Positions 50,252-64,000 of a stretch of 64,000 nt of DNA are shown one piece after another. The translations under genes were made by a program, and so were the position numbers. Each line of letters begins with the position of its first letter. Position 1 is the stretch's first letter. The stretch covers positions 3,700,017 to 3,764,016 of the forward strand of contig CBDEVZ010000008.1 of NCBI GenBank assembly GCA_965243735.1, given 5' to 3'. The stretch is from an uncultured Candidatus Binatia bacterium. Its GTDB lineage: Bacteria; Desulfobacterota; Binatia; Bin18. Below the pieces are notes generated by a model. The model had not been told where the DNA came from and made no database searches. It saw nothing but the letters and a program-made list of their open reading frames with translations.

Positions 50252-50722
50252 CTACCACCGATAGTGGACAAATGCCCTGTTGGCCTCTGCCATCCGATGC
50301 GTATCTTCCCGTTTTTTTACCGCCCCGCCTCTGTTCTGTGAGGCTTCATACAGCTCTGCGGCGAGCTTTTCCTTCATCCCTTTCTCCGGTCTGCCGCGCG
50401 CCGACTGGACCAGCCAGCGCATGGCCAGAGAGTTGCGCCGGACCTGGCGGACCTCGACGGGCACCTGGTAGGTCGCTCCACCGACCCGACGCGAACGCAC
50501 CTCAACAACGGGCTTCACATTTTCCAAAGCCTTCTTGAAGATCTCCAGAGCCTCTTCGCTGCTACGTGTTGCGCTCAGCTCCATCGCGTCGTACAGAATT
50601 TTTTCGGCCACCCCTTTTGCGCCATTCTGCATCATCATATTCACGAACTTCGACACCGTCGTGTCGTGATATTTGGGGTCGGGCAGCACTTCTCGCCTTG
50701 GGGCCGGTCCTTTGCGTGGCAT
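50252..50722 (-). CDS. rpsG: 30S ribosomal protein S7
   Basis: '[10 protein letters not shown]', '[14 protein letters not shown]', 'AEANRAF.HYRW'. Confidence 0.97.
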   Translation of the reverse strand: MPRKGPAPRREVLPDPKYHDTTVSKFVNMMMQNGAKGVAEKILYDAMELSATRSSEEALEIFKKALENVKPVVEVRSRRVGGATYQVPVEVRQVRRNSLAMRWLVQSARGRPEKGMKEKLAAELYEASQNRGGAVKKREDTHRMAEANRAFVHYRW

Positions 50723-50744
50723 TTTTTCCTCTTCTTCGGCGTTT

Positions 50745-51116
50745 TTATTTCGGCCGCTTGGCTCCGTATTTGGAGCGGCTCTGCTTGCGTTCCTGGACCC
50801 CAATCGAGTCGAGGGTTCCACGCACGATATGGTACCGCACACCGGGCAAGTCCTTCACTCGTCCGCCACGAATGAGGACAACCGAGTGCTCCTGGAGGTT
50901 ATGCCCGATACCTGGGATATAGGCCGTGACTTCAATCCCATTCGTCAGCCGCACACGGGCAACTTTTCTGAGGGCCGAGTTGGGCTTTTTAGGCGTCGTG
51001 GTGTACACCCGGGTACACACCCCACGACGTTGCGGGCAGGCTTGCAGGGCCGGCGCAGTCAGCTTTTTCCGCTGCTGCTCACGGCCTTTTCGGACGAGTT
51101 GCTGAATTGTCGGCAT
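50745..51116 (-). CDS. rpsL: 30S ribosomal protein S12
   Basis: 'MPTIQQLVR', '[10 protein letters not shown]', '[12 protein letters not shown]'. Confidence 0.98.
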   Translation of the reverse strand: MPTIQQLVRKGREQQRKKLTAPALQACPQRRGVCTRVYTTTPKKPNSALRKVARVRLTNGIEVTAYIPGIGHNLQEHSVVLIRGGRVKDLPGVRYHIVRGTLDSIGVQERKQSRSKYGAKRPK

Positions 51117-51145
51117 TCCTTCTCCATCTCTTGGGCGAGGCCCGC

Positions 51146-55240
<4,095 letters not shown>

Positions 55241-55258
55241 CTCTCCCCCCAGCGTGCT

Positions 55259-58200
55259 CTATTCTTCTTCGAGCAGTTCGACGTTGAGCGCCAAGCTTTG
55301 CAGTTCTCGGATCATGACATTAAACGATTCGGGAAGGCCCGGTTCCAATACGTTTTCTCCTTTCACAATCGCCTCATAGATACGCGTCCGACCGGCCACA
55401 TCATCCGACTTGACCGTCAACATTTCCTGTAGACTGTAAGCGGCACCGTAGGCTTCGAGGGCCCACACCTCCATTTCTCCAAGCCGCTGGCCACCAAACT
55501 GAGCCTTGCCGCCCAGCGGCTGCTGGGTCACCAGGGAGTAGGGACCGGTAGAGCGGGCATGAATCTTGTCCTCAACCAGGTGGTGCAGTTTCAGGATGTA
55601 CATCACGCCAACAGTGATGGCTCTCCCAAAGGGCTCGCCGGTCCGACCGTCGTACAATACGGTTTGTCCGGATTCAGGTAAGCCCGCTTTTTGTAACAGG
55701 TCAAAGATTTCTTTTTCCGGCGCGCCGTCGAACACGGGTGTCGCCACGTGCACCCCGGTCTGGGCGCGCTCGCTCAGGCGCGTCAAGTCCGCGTCTGACA
55801 GCTCTTGAATCCTGTCAACAAATTCCTTGTTGGCATACACCTCCTGGAGTTGGGAACGGAGGGTCTCCAGGGTCTGGGGCGGGTCGCCGTTGTGGCCGTT
55901 GCCCATCTGCTCGCCGAGGCTGCGCACGGCCCAGCCGAGATGGGTCTCAAGAATTTGTCCAACATTCATCCGCGAGGGCACACCCAGCGGATTGAGGACA
56001 ACATCGACTGGAGTCCCATCGGCCAGGTAAGGCATATCCTCTTCGGGCAGAATACGGGACAGGACGCCCTTGTTGCCGTGTCGGCCCGCCATCTTGTCGC
56101 CGACCTGGAGCTTGCGTTTGATGGCGACAAAGACCTTAACCATCTTGATGATGCCGGGGGGCAGTTCGTCGCCACTGCGCAGCTTCTCAACCTTCTTCTC
56201 AAACTCCTCCCGGATCCGGCCGACCTGGGCCAGCATGGCATCGACGCTCCGGCCCAGCTCGTCCTCGACCGCCTCATCGCCAAGCTTGAGCCGGCCCCAG
56301 TACGAGGGCGGAACGGCTCGCAGCAGCTCTTCGGTAATCTCCTGGCCTTTGGGAAACAGGACCCGCCTGGTGTCATCGTCGCTGATCCGAACGGTCAGCG
56401 TTTTGCCCAACGCCAGATCGAGAACTTTTCCGAACGTGCTCTCCTGGACGATCTGAATCTCGTCCTCCTGGTCTTTGCGGAGTCGCTCAATCTCTTCGTC
56501 CTCAATGCTCTGGCTCCGCTCATCCTTGGAGACGCCCTTGCGGGAGAAGACACGCACGTTGATCACCGTGCCCTCAACACCGGGAGGAACCTTGAGCGAG
56601 GTATCACGCACCTCCCCGGCTTTTTCGCCGAAGATCGCGCGCAGGAGTTTCTCTTCGGGCGACAGTTGGGTCTCGCCTTTGGGCGTGATCTTGCCGACCA
56701 GAATATCGCCCGGCGTCACCTCGGCGCCGATCCTGACGATCCCGCTTTCGTCCAGGTCTTTGAGCGCCTCTTCACCAACATTCGGGATATCCTGGGTGAT
56801 TTCCTCCGGGCCGAGTTTGGTATCGCGAGCGACGCATTCAAACTCTTCAATATGCACCGAGGTGAACACATCCTCGCGCAGCAGACGCTCGCTGACCAGG
56901 ATAGAGTCTTCAAAATTGTACCCGCCCCAGATCATGAACGCGACCAGCACATTGCGGCCCAGGGCCAGTTCGCCCATATCGGTGGCCGGTCCGTCGGCCA
57001 CCACGTCGCCGGCGGTAATATGGTCGCCGACCTTGACGATTGGCCGCTGGTTGACGCAGGTGTTCTGGTTGGAACGCTGGTACTTGATCAGGGGGTAGAT
57101 ATCGACCGCAGCGTCCCCGGCAGTCGGTGGCGCGTCGGCCTTGATCACCACCCGGGTGGAATCGACATTCTCAACCCGGCCGCTCCGATGGGCAACGACC
57201 GTCGCCCCGGAATCCCGGGCCACGACCTGCTCCATGCCCGTACCGACCAGCGGTGCTTCGGTGCGCAGCAGGGGAACCGCCTGACGCTGCATGTTCGATC
57301 CCATCAGAGCCCGGTTGGCGTCGTCGTGCTCAAGAAAAGGAATCAGGGCGGCCGCAACGCTCACCAACTGGGTGGGCGAGACATCCATCAGCTGGACCTG
57401 TTCGGGTTGGACCATTACAAATTCGCCACCCAGACGGGAAGACACCAAGTCTCGGACAAAGCGCCCGTCTTCGTCAACCGGGGCGTTGGCCTGGGCGATG
57501 GTCCGGGTCTCTTCTTCGAGGGCGGACAAGTACCGCACCCGCTGGGTCACCCGACCGTCCTCGACCTCCCGGTATGGCGTCTCGATAAAGCCGAATTCAT
57601 TGACCCGGGCATAGGTTGACAGGCTGGAGATCAGCCCGATATTCGGCCCCTCGGGCGTCTCAATGGGACACACGCGGCCATAGTGGGTCGGATGGACGTC
57701 CCGGACCTCAAAACCGGCCCGCTCACGGGTCAGGCCGCCCGGTCCGAGGGCGGACAGACGCCGCTTGTGGGTCACTTCGGACAAGGGATTGGTCTGGTCC
57801 ATGAACTGCGACAGCTGGCTCGATCCAAAGAATTCCTTGAGCGCAGCCGAGACAGGCTTGTAGTTGACCAGTTCCTGGGGCATCAGAGTCTCAACATCCT
57901 GGAGACTCATGCGCTCTTTGACGGCGCGTTCCATTCGGACCAGCCCGATCCGGAACTGATTTTCAACCAACTCGCCAACCGCGCGCACCCGTCGGTTGCC
58001 CAGATGGTCAATATCATCGACCACTCCGTTACCGTTTTTCAACTCAAACAGGTAGCGGACGACCTCAAGGATATCTTCCTTGCGCAGGGTCCCGAGATCG
58101 AGCGGGGCATCGAGCTGGAGCTTATGGTTGAGCTTGAGACGGCCAACCTTGGACAGGTTGTAGCGCTCGGCATTGAAGAACAGGTTCTGGAAGAAAACCG

Positions 58201-59368
58201 TTGCCGCCTCAGCCGTTGGCGGATCTCCGGGCCGTAGACGGCGATAAATCTCCATCTCGGCCTCTTTGGGCTCCGTAATCTTGTCTTGCAACAGCGTATT
58301 GCGCAGGGATGGACCGATGTGCGACTCGTCGATAAAGAGCGTCTCTATGGACGGGACCCTGCGTTCGATCAGGAGGTCGAGGTCGGCCTGGCTGATCTCT
58401 TGGTTGCAGGCGACCAGAACTTCCTGCGTCTGCGGGTCGCACACATCATGGGCTGCGACCAGGCCCACGACTTCTTCGAGGGTGATCGGGATCTGCTCAA
58501 GCCCGACAGCCCCTATCTGTCTGATCGCGTTCCGGGTGAACCGACGCCCTTCTTTAACTAGCACATCGTGGTTTGTCGGATTGCGAACCTCTTGGGTCGC
58601 ACGCAGTCCGAGCAGGAGCTGAGGTTGGAATTTCTTTGTGGCGCGGCCGCCGTCAAAGGTAATGGTATCGGTCGGGTAGAAATAGTTGAGCAGATCCTCG
58701 ACCGTCATGCCCAGGGCCCGCAGCAGCACGGTTGCGTGGAATTTGCGGCGACGGTCTATGCGGACATACAGGATATCGCGCGGATCGAATTCAAAGTCGA
58801 TCCACGACCCCCGGTAGGGAATGATCCGGGCCGAATAGAGCAGTTTCCCACTGGCGTGGGTCTTGCCCTTGTCATGGTCGAAAAAGACCCCGGGCGAGCG
58901 GTGCAACTGGCTCACAATAACCCGCTCAGTCCCGTTCACCATGAAGGTGCCATACGAGGTCATCAGCGGGATCTCGCCAAAATAGACCTCTTGCTCTTTG
59001 ACGTTTTTGATCGTACGAGCCTCCGTCCGAGGATCGACATCCCACAGCACAAGTTGGATCGTCACCTTCAGGGGAGCGGCATAGGTCATGCCGCGCTGGT
59101 GGCATTCCTCGACCGTGTACTTCGGCTCTCCGAGCGTATAGCTCACAAATTCAAGCGACGCGGTTTCATTGAAGTCCTTTATCGGAAACACCGACCGAAA
59201 AACCCCTTGCAGCCCGGACTCCGTGCGGTCGTCCGGGCTAGGGCTCCGCTGCAGGAATTCCTCGTACGAGTGCCGTTGGATCTCCAACAGGTGTGGAATC
59301 TCAATAATTTTGCCGATCTGGCTGAACGCCCGTCGGAAACGAAAATTATCTGCCAGCTGCAACGCCAT
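55259..59368 (-). CDS. rpoB: RNA polymerase beta subunit
   Basis: '[17 protein letters not shown]', '[12 protein letters not shown]', 'GGQRLGEME'. Confidence 0.98.
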   Translation of the reverse strand: MALQLADNFRFRRAFSQIGKIIEIPHLLEIQRHSYEEFLQRSPSPDDRTESGLQGVFRSVFPIKDFNETASLEFVSYTLGEPKYTVEECHQRGMTYAAPLKVTIQLVLWDVDPRTEARTIKNVKEQEVYFGEIPLMTSYGTFMVNGTERVIVSQLHRSPGVFFDHDKGKTHASGKLLYSARIIPYRGSWIDFEFDPRDILYVRIDRRRKFHATVLLRALGMTVEDLLNYFYPTDTITFDGGRATKKFQPQLLLGLRATQEVRNPTNHDVLVKEGRRFTRNAIRQIGAVGLEQIPITLEEVVGLVAAHDVCDPQTQEVLVACNQEISQADLDLLIERRVPSIETLFIDESHIGPSLRNTLLQDKITEPKEAEMEIYRRLRPGDPPTAEAATVFFQNLFFNAERYNLSKVGRLKLNHKLQLDAPLDLGTLRKEDILEVVRYLFELKNGNGVVDDIDHLGNRRVRAVGELVENQFRIGLVRMERAVKERMSLQDVETLMPQELVNYKPVSAALKEFFGSSQLSQFMDQTNPLSEVTHKRRLSALGPGGLTRERAGFEVRDVHPTHYGRVCPIETPEGPNIGLISSLSTYARVNEFGFIETPYREVEDGRVTQRVRYLSALEEETRTIAQANAPVDEDGRFVRDLVSSRLGGEFVMVQPEQVQLMDVSPTQLVSVAAALIPFLEHDDANRALMGSNMQRQAVPLLRTEAPLVGTGMEQVVARDSGATVVAHRSGRVENVDSTRVVIKADAPPTAGDAAVDIYPLIKYQRSNQNTCVNQRPIVKVGDHITAGDVVADGPATDMGELALGRNVLVAFMIWGGYNFEDSILVSERLLREDVFTSVHIEEFECVARDTKLGPEEITQDIPNVGEEALKDLDESGIVRIGAEVTPGDILVGKITPKGETQLSPEEKLLRAIFGEKAGEVRDTSLKVPPGVEGTVINVRVFSRKGVSKDERSQSIEDEEIERLRKDQEDEIQIVQESTFGKVLDLALGKTLTVRISDDDTRRVLFPKGQEITEELLRAVPPSYWGRLKLGDEAVEDELGRSVDAMLAQVGRIREEFEKKVEKLRSGDELPPGIIKMVKVFVAIKRKLQVGDKMAGRHGNKGVLSRILPEEDMPYLADGTPVDVVLNPLGVPSRMNVGQILETHLGWAVRSLGEQMGNGHNGDPPQTLETLRSQLQEVYANKEFVDRIQELSDADLTRLSERAQTGVHVATPVFDGAPEKEIFDLLQKAGLPESGQTVLYDGRTGEPFGRAITVGVMYILKLHHLVEDKIHARSTGPYSLVTQQPLGGKAQFGGQRLGEMEVWALEAYGAAYSLQEMLTVKSDDVAGRTRIYEAIVKGENVLEPGLPESFNVMIRELQSLALNVELLEEE

Positions 59369-59398
59369 TCCCACTCTTCTCCTTTGGCGTACACGCCC

Positions 59399-59791
59399 CT
59401 ATTTCAGCTCAACCACGCCCCCGACCTCTTCAATCTTCTTCAGGAGTTCCTCAGCCTCGTCTTTGGCAATCCCTTCCTTGACCGGCTTCGGCGCGTTATC
59501 CACCAGTTCCTTTGCCTCCTTGAGACCCAGGCCGGTGATTTCCCGAACGACTTTGATGACCTGGATTTTCTTTTCACCGGGGCCGGTCAGGACCACATCA
59601 AATTCGGTCTTCTCTTCGGCCTGAGCCGGCGCGTCGCCGTCCGCCGCCCCACCACTGGCGACAACAACCGGCGCGGCTGCGCTGACGCCCCATTTTTCCT
59701 CCAACTGTTTGACCAAGTCCGAGACTTCAAGAATGGTCAGGTCAGACAGGGTTGAGACCAGTTCTTCCATTTTTTCGGCGCTGAGAGCCAT
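59399..59791 (-). CDS. rplL: 50S ribosomal protein L7/L12
   Basis: '[10 protein letters not shown]', '[15 protein letters not shown]'. Confidence 0.97.
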   Translation of the reverse strand: MALSAEKMEELVSTLSDLTILEVSDLVKQLEEKWGVSAAAPVVVASGGAADGDAPAQAEEKTEFDVVLTGPGEKKIQVIKVVREITGLGLKEAKELVDNAPKPVKEGIAKDEAEELLKKIEEVGGVVELK

Positions 59792-59823
59792 GCGTTTCTC
59801 CTTTCCGCGTTAACGGTATACCC

Positions 59824-60375
59824 TTAGGCATCCGCTCCATTGGCTTGTGGTGAGGCTTGGGCATCGGCCTGCTCCTGCCTGGCGTTGAGGACACGGGCCA
59901 GTTGGGAGGCCGGAGCGGCCAGCACGCCGGCCAGTTGTGTGGCGGGCTGAGACAGGAGACCGAGCAGTTGCGCCCGGAGTGCATCCCGGCTCGGCAGGCT
60001 GGCCAGGGCTTCAATCTGGGCGGCGTCCAGGAACTGTCCCTCTGTGACGCCGCCTTTAATCGTCAGTTGTTCATGTTCTTTGGCGTAGCGGGTCACGGCT
60101 TTGGCCAAGTCAACCGCCTCGCCATAGCCGAGCACCAGACCGTTTTGGCCCGTGAGCAGTTCTTTGAGCGAGAGATACGGCGTTCCCTCGACCGCCAAGG
60201 ACACCAGACTATTTTTTGCGACCCGGTACCGTCCGCCGACCTCTCTCAACTCACGTCGCAAGGCGTCTAACTCAGCCACGCTGAGGCCCTTATATTCGGC
60301 GACGACTGCGGTCTGTACATCCCGAAAGATCCCCTGCAAGTCGGCAACAGCCTGTTCTTTCTCGTGGCGCTCCAT
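59824..60375 (-). CDS. rplJ: 50S ribosomal protein L10
   Basis: 'EYKGLSVAEL..LRREL', 'VAKNSL', 'LASLPSR'. Confidence 0.96.
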   Translation of the reverse strand: MERHEKEQAVADLQGIFRDVQTAVVAEYKGLSVAELDALRRELREVGGRYRVAKNSLVSLAVEGTPYLSLKELLTGQNGLVLGYGEAVDLAKAVTRYAKEHEQLTIKGGVTEGQFLDAAQIEALASLPSRDALRAQLLGLLSQPATQLAGVLAAPASQLARVLNARQEQADAQASPQANGADA

Positions 60376-60427
60376 AATGATTCGCTCTCCCGTCGTGTCG
60401 AGGCACTCTGAGTTTGAGAGACAGGGC

Positions 60428-61129
60428 TCAGCCGCGCTGGACCGTCGAAGGATCCACCCGCACGCCAGGTCCCATGGTGGTACTGACGCACACGCTTTGG
60501 AGGTAGGTTCCCCGCGCGGAAGCCGGCTTAGCCCGCACCAAACCCTCGATCAGGGAGCTGGTATTTTCGAGCAGCTGTTGCTCGCTAAACGACGCCTTTC
60601 CGACCGGGACGTGGATATTGCCGACTTTATCGACCCGATACTCGACCTTTCCGCCCTTCAGATCCTGAATGGTCTGCCCAACCTCCATGGTCACCGTCCC
60701 GACTTTGGGGTTGGGCATCAGGCCCCGGGGTCCGAGGATTTTTCCAATCCGGCCGACCACGCTCATCATGTCTGGCGTGGCCACCGCCTTGTCAAACTCG
60801 AGCCAGCCTTCATCGGTGATACGCGCGACTAACTCCTCAGCCCCGACAATATCGGCACCCGCCTCTTCGGCTTCGCGGGCCTTGTCTCCTTTGGCAAAGA
60901 CGGCCACCCGCACGGACTTTCCCGTGCCGTGCGGCAAGACCACTGTGCCACGCACATTTTGGTCGGCCTTACGCGGGTCAACCCCGAGTCGGACCGCCAC
61001 CTCTACCGTTTCATCAAATTTCGCCCGGGCCGTTTCCTTGACCAGGGCAACGGCCCGGGGCAAAGGGTAGCGCTGTTCGCGATCAACTTTTTCGACTGCG
61101 GCCCGGTATCCCTTGCTTTTTTTTGCCAT
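60428..61129 (-). CDS. rplA: 50S ribosomal protein L1
   Basis: 'KFDETVE', 'LPHGTGK', '[11 protein letters not shown]'. Confidence 0.97.
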   Translation of the reverse strand: MAKKSKGYRAAVEKVDREQRYPLPRAVALVKETARAKFDETVEVAVRLGVDPRKADQNVRGTVVLPHGTGKSVRVAVFAKGDKAREAEEAGADIVGAEELVARITDEGWLEFDKAVATPDMMSVVGRIGKILGPRGLMPNPKVGTVTMEVGQTIQDLKGGKVEYRVDKVGNIHVPVGKASFSEQQLLENTSSLIEGLVRAKPASARGTYLQSVCVSTTMGPGVRVDPSTVQRG

Positions 61130-61130
61130 C

Positions 61131-61556
61131 TTAGTCCACCACACTGACGCCCATGCTGCGAGCGGTTCCTTCAATGATTTTTCGGGCTCCGTCAATATCA
61201 TTCGCGTTCAGGTCGGGCATCTTCGTCTTGGCGATTTCTTCGACCTGAGCCCGCGAGATAGACCCGATGATATCTTTGGCCGGTTCCTGGGAGCCCTTTT
61301 CAATCCCCATGGCTTTCTTGATCAGGACGGAGGCGGGAGGGGTCTTGGTGAGAAAAGAAAAAGAACGGTCTGCATAGACGGTGATCACGACAGGGATCAG
61401 CAGCCCCTGTTGCGCCTGCGTCTTGGCGTTAAACGCCTTGCAGAACTCCATAATATTGACCCCGCGCTGACCAAGCGCAGGCCCGACAGGCGGACTCGGG
61501 GTCGCCTGGCCGGCCGGGATCTGCAACTTGATTTCGGTCATCACCTTTTTTGCCAT
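61131..61556 (-). CDS. rplK: 50S ribosomal protein L11
   Basis: '[15 protein letters not shown]', 'GTARSMG'. Confidence 0.97.
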   Translation of the reverse strand: MAKKVMTEIKLQIPAGQATPSPPVGPALGQRGVNIMEFCKAFNAKTQAQQGLLIPVVITVYADRSFSFLTKTPPASVLIKKAMGIEKGSQEPAKDIIGSISRAQVEEIAKTKMPDLNANDIDGARKIIEGTARSMGVSVVD

Positions 61557-61571
61557 TGCTCGTGTGCCTCT

Positions 61572-62111
61572 TTAGGTTTTCTCGACTTGCACCAAATCGA
61601 GTTCAACCGGGGTTGCGCGACCGAAGATGCTGATCAGCACCCGTAGTTTTCCTTTGTCCGGCTTGACCTCTTCAACCACGCCGGTGAAATCCTGAAAAGG
61701 ACCGTCCACTACCTTGACCCCTTCACCAACCTCGTACAAGACCTTGGGTTTCGGCCGTAATGTTCCTTCTTGGACCTGATTCAGAATCTCTGATACCTCG
61801 GCCTCAGACACTGGCGGGATCGTCTGAGGGTCAAACGAGCCCCCGACGAAACCGGTGACCTTGGGCGTTGACTTGACAACGTGCCAGGTCTCGTTGCTCA
61901 TCTCCATCTGGACCAGGATATAGCCGGGAAAAAACTTGCGGGCAGAAGTCCGTTTGCGGCCTTTGACAAGCTCGACGACCTGCTCTTCGGGAACGAGGAC
62001 ATCACCGAACAGTTCCTCCTTGCCGAGCGTACGGATCCGTTCTTCGAGAGCCGCCTTGGCTTTCCGTTCATACCCGGAATAGGTATGGACCACATACCAT
62101 TGCTTAGCCAT
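61572..62111 (-). CDS. nusG: Transcription termination/antitermination factor NusG
   Basis: '[11 protein letters not shown]', 'FPGYILV', KOW 'GPFQDFTG', '[10 protein letters not shown]'. Confidence 0.97.
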   Translation of the reverse strand: MAKQWYVVHTYSGYERKAKAALEERIRTLGKEELFGDVLVPEEQVVELVKGRKRTSARKFFPGYILVQMEMSNETWHVVKSTPKVTGFVGGSFDPQTIPPVSEAEVSEILNQVQEGTLRPKPKVLYEVGEGVKVVDGPFQDFTGVVEEVKPDKGKLRVLISIFGRATPVELDLVQVEKT

Positions 62112-62138
62112 AGTGTAGTCTGCCGTACCGATGAAGAC

Positions 62139-62345
62139 CTAGTAGCCGATAAGCAGGCGTAACAGCCAGGCGAGAAAAGCATCAACTGCAAAGAGGTAGA
62201 GCGCTATCACACCCACCAAAAGCAACACCACCCAGGTTGCCGCCCGAACCTCTTTTTGGGCAGGCCAGTGCACCCGTTGAAGCTCAGCCCAGGCTTCCTG
62301 CAGGAATGTCCTGACAGTGTCGAAGCCGGCTCGTATGGCACTCAC
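62139..62345 (-). CDS. secE: Preprotein translocase subunit SecE
   Basis: 'FLQEAWAELQRVHWP' plus a single TM helix, directly upstream of nusG. Confidence 0.92.
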   Translation of the reverse strand: MSAIRAGFDTVRTFLQEAWAELQRVHWPAQKEVRAATWVVLLLVGVIALYLFAVDAFLAWLLRLLIGY

Positions 62346-62443
62346 TTTGCCCGCATCCTCTCTCCGCCCTCAGGAACTGAGCCTTGTCTGGAACTCGGTC
62401 GTCATCGGTCGTTCATCTTTCAGTGCTCCACCACAAAGAAAAG

Positions 62444-62518
62444 CGGGTCAGGCAGGCTTCGAACCTGCAACCCCCGGATTTGGAGTCCGGTGCTCTATCC
62501 AATTCGAGCTACTGACCC
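62444..62518 (-). tRNA. tRNA-Trp (CCA); 3' CCA not encoded
   Basis: GGGTCAG-TA-GCTC-GAATTGGATA-GAGC-A-CCGGA-CTCCAAA-TCCGG-GGGTT-GCAGG-TTCGAAG-CCTGC-CTGACCC-G folds as a cloverleaf; canonical position before secE. Confidence 0.93.
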
Positions 62519-62534
62519 ACATGCTCGGGAGGTT

Positions 62535-63713
62535 TTACTCCAAGATTTTAGCGACGACCCCAGCCCCCACCGTGCGGCCCCCCTCCCGAATCGCAAACCG
62601 GAGCCCCTCGTCCATCGCTATCGGTGTCAATAACGTTACCGTCATCTGCGTGTTATCCCCCGGCATCACCATCTCGGTCCCCGCCGGTAAGGCCACCGTC
62701 CCCGTCACGTCCGTCGTCCGAAAGTAAAACTGTGGCCGGTAGTTGTTGAAAAACGGCGTATGCCGCCCCCCCTCTTCTTTGGTCAACACGTACACCTCGG
62801 CCTCGTACCGGGTGTGCGGCGTGATGCTCCCCGGCTGCGCTAACACTTGCCCCCGCTCGATCTCTTCCCGCTTGATCCCCCGGAGCAGACACCCCACGTT
62901 GTCCCCCGCTTGCCCCACGTCCAGCAGCTTGCGGAACATCTCCACCCCCGTCACCGTCGTCTTCTCCGTCGCCCGAATCCCCACGATCTCCACCTCTTCC
63001 CCGACTTTGATCTGCCCCCGCTCAATCCGCCCGGTCGCTACCGTTCCCCGACCCGAAATCGAAAAGACGTCTTCGACCGACATCAAAAACGGCTTGTCCA
63101 CTTCCCGCTCGGGCTCCGGAATGAAACTGTCCACCGCCGCCATTAGTTCGAGAATTGACGCCGTGTCGGCGCCCTCTAAGGCGTCTAAGGCACTCCCCCG
63201 GATGATCGGCGTGTCGTCACCCGGAAATTCGTACTTCGACAGCAGTTCCCGCACTTCCAACTCCACCAGGTCCAGCAGCTCTTCGTCATCCACCATGTCC
63301 ACTTTGTTCATGTACACCACAATCGCCGGCACCCCCACTTGGCGCGCCAACAGGATATGCTCCCGCGTCTGTGGCATCGGCCCGTCGGTCGCCGCCACCA
63401 CTAATATCGCTCCGTCCATCTGCGCCGCCCCGGTGATCATGTTCTTGATGTAGTCCGCGTGCCCCGGACAGTCCACGTGCGCATAGTGGCGCTGCTCGGT
63501 CTCGTACTCCACGTGCGCCGTGTTGATCGTGATCCCCCGCTCTTTCTCTTCGGGCGCTTTGTCAATCTCTTCAAACGCAATCGCCTGCGCCATCGCTCGC
63601 TCCGCTAACACTTTCGTGATCGCGGCCGTCAGCGTGGTCTTCCCATGGTCAATGTGCCCGATCGTCCCTACGTTCACGTGCGGCTTACTCCGCTCAAACC
63701 GCTCCTTCGCCAT
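62535..63713 (-). CDS. tuf: Elongation factor Tu, copy 2
   Basis: Protein identical to 48859-50037; DNA identical wherever compared by eye. Confidence 0.98.
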   Translation of the reverse strand: MAKERFERSKPHVNVGTIGHIDHGKTTLTAAITKVLAERAMAQAIAFEEIDKAPEEKERGITINTAHVEYETEQRHYAHVDCPGHADYIKNMITGAAQMDGAILVVAATDGPMPQTREHILLARQVGVPAIVVYMNKVDMVDDEELLDLVELEVRELLSKYEFPGDDTPIIRGSALDALEGADTASILELMAAVDSFIPEPEREVDKPFLMSVEDVFSISGRGTVATGRIERGQIKVGEEVEIVGIRATEKTTVTGVEMFRKLLDVGQAGDNVGCLLRGIKREEIERGQVLAQPGSITPHTRYEAEVYVLTKEEGGRHTPFFNNYRPQFYFRTTDVTGTVALPAGTEMVMPGDNTQMTVTLLTPIAMDEGLRFAIREGGRTVGAGVVAKILE

Positions 63714-63786
63714 GTCTCTCGCTCCTTCGCTGCTGAACTCAGCCTCTCAAGGCTGGTTCGTCGTCCTAATCCCCTGGCAAAAAGTA

Positions 63787-63859
63787 AGCCCAGGAGCGGG
63801 CTTGAACCGCCGACCTCGTCCTTACCAAGGACGTGCTCTACCTGCTGAGCTACCTGGGC
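63787..63859 (-). tRNA. tRNA-Thr (GGT)
   Basis: GCCCAGG-TA-GCTC-AGCAGGTA-GAGC-A-CGTCC-TTGGTAA-GGACG-AGGTC-GGCGG-TTCAAGC-CCGCT-CCTGGGC-T; canonical position before tufB. Confidence 0.94.
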
Positions 63860-63969
63860 TCGTGAGCGCTCGTGAGCACTCGGTCTAGCTGCGATCCATA
63901 GCACTCTATAAGCACTCTTATGTGTGCAGACGTAGCGGGGAAGCCCTTCGGCCTATCTCGTGGGGCACA

Positions 63970-64000
63970 TGGAGCGGGAAACGGGATTCGAACCCGCGAC
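63970..64000 (-). tRNA. 3' end of a tRNA, probably tRNA-Gly (truncated by window edge)
   Basis: Minus strand GTC-GCGGG-TTCGAAT-CCCGT-TTCCCGC-T-CCA. Acceptor 3' strand and U73 fit tRNA-Gly, as does the usual Gly-Thr-tuf order. The anticodon is outside the window. Confidence 0.75.

Noticed and set aside
55259-59368. Apparent insertions in RpoB (e.g. the acidic helical segment before 'GDELPPG')
   Set aside because: They match the lineage-specific beta i4/i9 insertions known from proteobacteria-related RNA polymerases; no intein signatures (C/S start, HN end) were seen.
63861-63920. Short imperfect direct repeats (cgtgagcgct/cgtgagcact; agcactctat/agcactctta) between tRNA genes
   Set aside because: Too short and degenerate to support a functional or mobile-element call.

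Overview
GC-rich bacterial chromosome segment with no phage, integrase, transposase or CRISPR array visible. Gene content and order suggest a deltaproteobacterial/Binatia-like lineage (inference only). About 1-29.6 kb is accessory and metabolic: two LLM-family oxidoreductases, a Baeyer-Villiger monooxygenase, hydrolases, a MaoC pair, an SbcD-like phosphoesterase, ilvB / lrp-gltBD, grxC, xth and nuoF-nuoG. About 29.6-34.8 kb holds a SPOR gene plus trpD-C-F-B-A. About 34.9-64 kb is the ribosomal protein/RNAP superoperon on the minus strand, with two identical tuf copies and tRNA-Trp, tRNA-Thr and a partial tRNA-Gly. Main observations: (1) a GrdB/PrdB-family selenoprotein split by the ORF caller, with an in-frame UGA in a UxxC motif, a SECIS-like hairpin, a C-terminal (EVC)3 repeat and no partner reductase subunits nearby; (2) a tandem 53-bp element with 16-bp terminal inverted repeats that appears to supply a promoter -35 box; (3) a superoperon lacking fusA, rplX, adk, infA and rpmG at their usual positions, and encoding an L36 with Cys in place of the zinc-ligand His; (4) strongly G3-biased codon use confined to the duplicated tuf genes.
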